From Alphaproteobacteria bacterium (GTDB taxonomy: Bacteria > Pseudomonadota > Alphaproteobacteria > CALKHQ01), in the NCBI GenBank assembly GCA_965227515.1, contig CBDDFZ010000001.1, forward strand, positions 576,001-640,000: a stretch of 64,000 nt of DNA, given 5' to 3'. A program made the translations under genes and the position numbers. The number at the start of each line of letters is the position of its first letter. Position 1 is the first letter of the stretch. The notes beneath the pieces were generated by a model, which was not told the DNA's origin, did not search any database, and was given only the letters and a program-made list of their open reading frames with translations. Of this stretch, positions 59,452 to 64,000 are shown in pieces.

Positions 59452-60255
59452 TCAGCCGTAACGGCCGGTGATGTAGTCTTGCGTCTTCTTCTGCTGCGGA
59501 CTGGTGAAGATCTGGTCGGTCTCGCCGAACTCGACCAGCTCGCCCAGGTGGAAGAAGGCGGTGCGCTGCGACACGCGGGCCGCCTGCTGCATGGAGTGGG
59601 TGACGATCACGATGGTGAAGTTCTGCCGCAGCTCGTCGATCAGCTCCTCGATCTTGGCGGTGGCAATCGGGTCGAGCGCGGAGCACGGCTCGTCCATCAG
59701 CACCACCTCCGGGTTGACCGCGATCGCGCGGGCGATGCACAGGCGCTGCTGCTGACCGCCGGAAAGCCCGGTGCCGGGGTCGTTCAGCCGATCCTTCACC
59801 TCTTCCCACAGGCCGGCCTTGGTCAGGCTCTCCTCGACCAGGGCATCGACGTCCGCCTTCTTGGAGACCACGCCGTGCAGGCGCGGGCCATAGGCCACGT
59901 TGTCGTAGATCGACTTCGGGAACGGGTTCGGCTTCTGGAACACCATGCCGACGCGGGCGCGCAGTTGCACCACGTCGATCACCGGGTCGTAGATGTCCTG
60001 GCCCTCCAGCGCCAACAGCCCGGTCACGCGACACCCGTCGATGGTATCGTTCATGCGGTTGATGCAGCGCAGGAACGTGGATTTGCCACAACCGGACGGG
60101 CCGATCAGCGACGTCACCTGGTTCTCGTAGATCGAGAGGTCGACGTCGAACAGGGCCTGCTTGGCGCCGTAGAAGACGTTGACAGCATTGGCCTCGATCT
60201 TGCCCAGCGAGGGTGCCTGGACCGTCGCGGCTTCTGATGCGGCTAAAGGTTGCAT
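59452..60255 (-). CDS. pstB: Phosphate ABC transporter ATPase
   Basis: [41 protein letters not shown]. Confidence 0.98.
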   Translation of the reverse strand: MQPLAASEAATVQAPSLGKIEANAVNVFYGAKQALFDVDLSIYENQVTSLIGPSGCGKSTFLRCINRMNDTIDGCRVTGLLALEGQDIYDPVIDVVQLRARVGMVFQKPNPFPKSIYDNVAYGPRLHGVVSKKADVDALVEESLTKAGLWEEVKDRLNDPGTGLSGGQQQRLCIARAIAVNPEVVLMDEPCSALDPIATAKIEELIDELRQNFTIVIVTHSMQQAARVSQRTAFFHLGELVEFGETDQIFTSPQQKKTQDYITGRYG

Positions 60256-60260
60256 GGGCT

Positions 60261-61703
60261 TTACCACCGTCGTTCGAACCGTTTCCGGAGGATGATCGCG
60301 ATCGCGTTCATGGCGATCAGGAATACCAGCAAGACCATGATGCCGGCGCTGGTTTTTTCAACGAAGCCGCGCTCCGGGCTGTCGGCCCAGATGTACACCT
60401 GGACCGGCAGCACGGTCGCGGGACTGAGCGGGTCGGCGGGTGCTGCGGCGATGAAGGCGACCATGCCGATCATGATCAGCGGGGCGGTCTCGCCCAACGC
60501 CTGGGCCATGCCGATGATGGTGCCGGTCAGAATGCCCGGCATGGCCAGCGGCAGGACGTGATGGTTGATGGTCTGCTGGTGCGACGCGCCGACGCCCAGT
60601 GCGGCCTCCCGAATGGAGGGCGGCACCGCCTTCAGCGCGGCACGGGTGGCGATGATGATGGTCGGCAGCGTCATCAGCGCCAGCACCATGCCGCCGGCGA
60701 TGGGGGCCGAGCGCGGCAGGCCGAACACCTGCAGGAACACCGCCAGGCCCAGCAGGCCGAACACGATGGACGGCACGGCGGCCAGGTTGTTGATGTTGAC
60801 CTCGATCAGGTCGGTCCACTTGTTCTTCGGCGCAAACTCTTCCAGATAGACCGCCGCGGCGACCGCAATCGGGAACGCCAGAACCAGGGTCACCAGCATG
60901 GTGAAGATGGAGCCCACGATGGCGCCCCAGATGCCGGCCAATTCCGGCTTGCGGCTGTCGGCCGAGGAGAAGAAACTCCAGGCGAAATCGGCGCCGACCA
61001 AGCCGCGGTCCACCATGTCGTCCAGCCAGATGAGCTGCTGCTCATTCAGCCGGCCCTCCACGCCGCCGGCGAGTGTCCGCTCGATATTGCCCTTCAGCAC
61101 CTGGATCGGGTCGTCGGCCAGCGGCGCGGTGAGCTGAATGGTCTGGCCGATCAGGCTCGGGTCGGCCATCACCATGTCGCGCAGGCTGTAGCGCGCGCCG
61201 TCGCTGAACAGGCCGCGCAGATCACGGTTGGCGTCGCGTCCGGACACGTCCGGGAACAGCGCGGCGATCGACTCGTCGATCAACCGCTTGTAGTTGGCCT
61301 TGGACAGGATGGCGCTGAAGGCTTCTTCCAGCGTCGCGCGCTCGTTGACCTCTTCCGGTGTCTCGTTGCCGTCCGCCGCGCCCAACACGGCGAGCGACGC
61401 CCGCACATCCTGCGGGTCGACGACAGCGGGGTCGACATAGACTTCCAGCGTCGCCTCGTAGGTGTAGAACGCCGACCAGCCCTTCGACACGATGACGACC
61501 AGCAACAGCACCAGCATGGCGATGGCCGCACCGATGGCGATCAGGCCGTACATGCGGAAACGGCGCTCGGCGCGATAGCGCTTGCGCAAGTGCTCGGGCG
61601 ACAGCACCAGCGCCTTGCGGCCGCCGGGCTTCGCAGCGCCAGGAGTTGCAGTGTCGGGCGCCGCCGGTGTGCCGGGCGCACCGTGTGCGGTCGTATCAGT
61701 CAT
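60261..61703 (-). CDS. pstA: Phosphate ABC transporter permease
   Basis: [33 protein letters not shown]. Confidence 0.97.
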   Translation of the reverse strand: MTDTTAHGAPGTPAAPDTATPGAAKPGGRKALVLSPEHLRKRYRAERRFRMYGLIAIGAAIAMLVLLLVVIVSKGWSAFYTYEATLEVYVDPAVVDPQDVRASLAVLGAADGNETPEEVNERATLEEAFSAILSKANYKRLIDESIAALFPDVSGRDANRDLRGLFSDGARYSLRDMVMADPSLIGQTIQLTAPLADDPIQVLKGNIERTLAGGVEGRLNEQQLIWLDDMVDRGLVGADFAWSFFSSADSRKPELAGIWGAIVGSIFTMLVTLVLAFPIAVAAAVYLEEFAPKNKWTDLIEVNINNLAAVPSIVFGLLGLAVFLQVFGLPRSAPIAGGMVLALMTLPTIIIATRAALKAVPPSIREAALGVGASHQQTINHHVLPLAMPGILTGTIIGMAQALGETAPLIMIGMVAFIAAAPADPLSPATVLPVQVYIWADSPERGFVEKTSAGIMVLLVFLIAMNAIAIILRKRFERRW

Positions 61704-63360
61704 ATTTTTCCCGGTATTTGCGCACCACGCGCAGCGCGATCACGTTCATGATCAGGGTCACGACGAACAGCACCAGGCCCAGGGCGAACGCCGCCAGCGT
61801 CTTGGGACTGTCGAATTCCTGGTCGCCGGTCAGCAATGTCACGATCTGCACCGTCACCGTGGTCACCGCTTCGAACGGGTTGGCGGTCAGGTTGGCGGCG
61901 AGGCCTGCGGCCATCACCACGATCATGGTCTCGCCGATGGCGCGGCTGGCGGCCAGCAGCACGCCGGCGACGATGCCGGGCAGGGCCGCCGGCAGGATCA
62001 CCTGCTTGATGGTTTCCGACTTGGTGGCGCCCAGGCCGTAGGCGCCATCGCGCAGGGATTGCGGCACCGCGTTGATGACGTCGTCGGACAGCGACGAGAC
62101 GAAGGGAATGATCATGATGCCCATGACCAGCCCGGCCGCGAGCGCGCTTTCCGACGCGATGTCGATCTCGACGAAGCGCGGCTCCAGGTAACCGTCGGTC
62201 CAGGTGCGCGGCAGGTAGTCGGTCAGCAGTACGTCGGCCTGCAGCGCGGTGCTCGTGAAGGTGTAGTCGAACGCGGTCGGCACGGTGGTCTGGGCGAGCT
62301 CGACCAGATAGCCGACCAGTTGCTGGCGCAGTTCGTCGCGCGCCGCGCCGTCGCTCACCTGCGCCAGCACCGGCGCCAGATGCTCGTCGACGAAGGACTC
62401 GCGATAGCCGTCCAGCAGCATCGGCGACAATAACCAGTTGATCGCGTCCTCGACCGAAATCCCCAGGTCGCGGATGATAGGGGCCACCGTGATGGCGGCA
62501 AAGAAGCCGTAGACCACGGTCGGCACGCCGGCCAGCACCTCCAGCACCGGCTTCACGGTGCCGCGGAACTTCGGCGTGGCATATTCCGACAGGAAGATCG
62601 CCGACATCAGCCCGATGGGCACCGCGACAAGCAGCGCGATGAAGCTGATCAGCAGCGTGCCGGCGAACAGCGGGATCGCGCCGAACTTGCCGGAAGACCC
62701 CACCTGGTCCTCGCGGATCGCGGTCTGCGGGCTCCATTCCAGCCCGAACAGGAAGTCGAACACCGGGATCTGCTCGAAGAAGCGGTAGGACTCGAACAGT
62801 AGCGAGAGCACGATGCCGACGGTGGTCAGGATGGCGATCAGCGAGCACCCGATCAGCGCGTACTTGACCACCCGCTCCACCAGGTTGCGCGCCCGCAAGG
62901 TCGGGTTGATGCGCCGCATGGCGTAGGCCAGGCCCAGCGCGGCAATGGCCAGCGCGATCACGGCCAGTGCCCAGAAGCTCAGGCTTTCCAGCTCGTTGTA
63001 GTGCTCGGCCGCCGCATTGATCTCGGGCAGGTTGTTGGCGGCAACGGCGTTGCCGCTGGCCAGGTTGTGGATGTTGTTGAGCACCAGGCCCAGCTCGTTC
63101 TCGGGCAAGGCTTGCAGGTCCGCCGGCAAGGCGTCGATGACCAGGGAGTCGATGATGCCGCCGGACAGCACCAGCCACAGCAGGGCGAAGATCAGGCTGG
63201 GGATGGCGCACCAGATGGCGACGTAGAAACCATAGAAGCCCGGCAGCGAGTGCAGCGAGCTGGGTCGCCCGCCCGCCGTCGCGACGGAGCGGCGCCGGCC
63301 GAAGAAATATGAGATGGCCGCCAGCGCGCAGATGGTCAGCAACAGGATGATGGATTGCAT
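61696..63360 (-). CDS. pstC: Phosphate ABC transporter permease (with internal insertion)
   Basis: LHSLP..YG, LAGVPTVVYG, GAYGLGAT..ET, SRAIGETM. Start corrected to 63360. Confidence 0.96.
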   Translation of the reverse strand: MQSIILLLTICALAAISYFFGRRRSVATAGGRPSSLHSLPGFYGFYVAIWCAIPSLIFALLWLVLSGGIIDSLVIDALPADLQALPENELGLVLNNIHNLASGNAVAANNLPEINAAAEHYNELESLSFWALAVIALAIAALGLAYAMRRINPTLRARNLVERVVKYALIGCSLIAILTTVGIVLSLLFESYRFFEQIPVFDFLFGLEWSPQTAIREDQVGSSGKFGAIPLFAGTLLISFIALLVAVPIGLMSAIFLSEYATPKFRGTVKPVLEVLAGVPTVVYGFFAAITVAPIIRDLGISVEDAINWLLSPMLLDGYRESFVDEHLAPVLAQVSDGAARDELRQQLVGYLVELAQTTVPTAFDYTFTSTALQADVLLTDYLPRTWTDGYLEPRFVEIDIASESALAAGLVMGIMIIPFVSSLSDDVINAVPQSLRDGAYGLGATKSETIKQVILPAALPGIVAGVLLAASRAIGETMIVVMAAGLAANLTANPFEAVTTVTVQIVTLLTGDQEFDSPKTLAAFALGLVLFVVTLIMNVIALRVVRKYREKYD

Positions 63361-63435
63361 CGCTCGGGCTTTTTGGGCGCGTGGGCTTCTGGGCGCTTTG
63401 GCGTTCTGACGATCGGGTACGCGTGTCACACGAAA

Positions 63436-63461
63436 CGGCCGGCTCCCGAAGGAGCCGGCCG
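63436..63461 (-). terminator. Intercistronic stem-loop between pstS and pstC
   Basis: CGGCCGGCTCC-TTCG-GGAGCCGGCCG followed by TTT: an 11-bp stem with a C(UUCG)G tetraloop. Confidence 0.75.
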
Positions 63462-63478
63462 CCAAACAGATGCCTGGC

Positions 63479-64000
63479 TTAGGACATCGGCTCCAGAGCC
63501 TGGGCCGACGCAGCCGCGTCTTCACGCTCGCCGTCGGGCAGCGGGATCAGGCCGATCTCCGGCAGGTAGCCATCCGGGCCCCAGGCATATTCGTCGGTGA
63601 ACGCCGCGACGTATTCCTGGATGCCGGGGATGACGCCGACGTGCGCGTTCTTCACGTAGAAGAACAGGCCGCGCGAGATCGGGTAGTCGCCGCTGGCGAT
63701 GTTGTCGAAGGTGGGCACGACGCCATTGACCAGGGTGCCGTGCAGGGTGTCGGTGTTCTGGTCCAGGAAGCTGAAGCCGAAGATGCCCAGCGCAGCCGGG
63801 TTGGCCTGCAGCTTCTGCACGATCAGGTTGTCGTTCTCGCCGGCCTCGATGAAGCGGCCGTCCTCACGCATGGTGGCGCAGACGCTCTCCATCTCCTCTT
63901 CTGGCAGCGCGGTCACCGCCTCGAACTCCTCGCAACCGACTTCCATCACCAGCTCGACGAAGGCGTCGCGGGTGCCGGAGGTCGGCGGCGGGCCCAGAAC
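63479..64000 (-). CDS. pstS: Phosphate-binding protein (partial, 5' end outside the window)
   Basis: GPPPTSGTRDAF, GENDNLIVQKL, GIFGFSFL, YPISR.LFFYVK. Confidence 0.95.
   Translation of the reverse strand, partial: VLGPPPTSGTRDAFVELVMEVGCEEFEAVTALPEEEMESVCATMREDGRFIEAGENDNLIVQKLQANPAALGIFGFSFLDQNTDTLHGTLVNGVVPTFDNIASGDYPISRGLFFYVKNAHVGVIPGIQEYVAAFTDEYAWGPDGYLPEIGLIPLPDGEREDAAASAQALEPMS

Overview
High-GC alphaproteobacterial (Rhodospirillales-like) chromosomal segment that contains the probable replication origin, a DnaA-box cluster between the DUF299/PSRP gene and hemE. Most of the window is core genes: dapB, trxA-addAB-murU-amgK-tsaE, divL, ahcY, the HPr/EIIA/rapZ/hprK cluster, xseA, purD, gshB, comM, hisHAFE, hslVU, lutABC, mltA-timA-secB, dnaQ-coaE-aroE-maf, hemE-hemJ-rho and pstSCAB-phoU-phoB. 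I saw no tRNA, rRNA, CRISPR array or transposase. The main oddities are: (1) three small two-gene cassettes around comM, namely a RelE/HTH TA pair, a leaderless RHH-like repressor with an unknown partner, and a Pol-beta-type nucleotidyltransferase overlapping a 65-aa gene (a candidate undescribed TA/defence pair); (2) an MltA whose catalytic Asp is replaced by Ala; (3) an orphan PhnZ-like oxygenase inside the PTS operon; (4) a secreted Gly/Asn/Trp-repeat protein divergent from a PepSY/two-component module; (5) a bactofilin with nine pentapeptide repeats; (6) a PstC with a large insertion; (7) three families of intergenic palindromic repeats. All family calls come from motif recognition by eye, and no database search was run.
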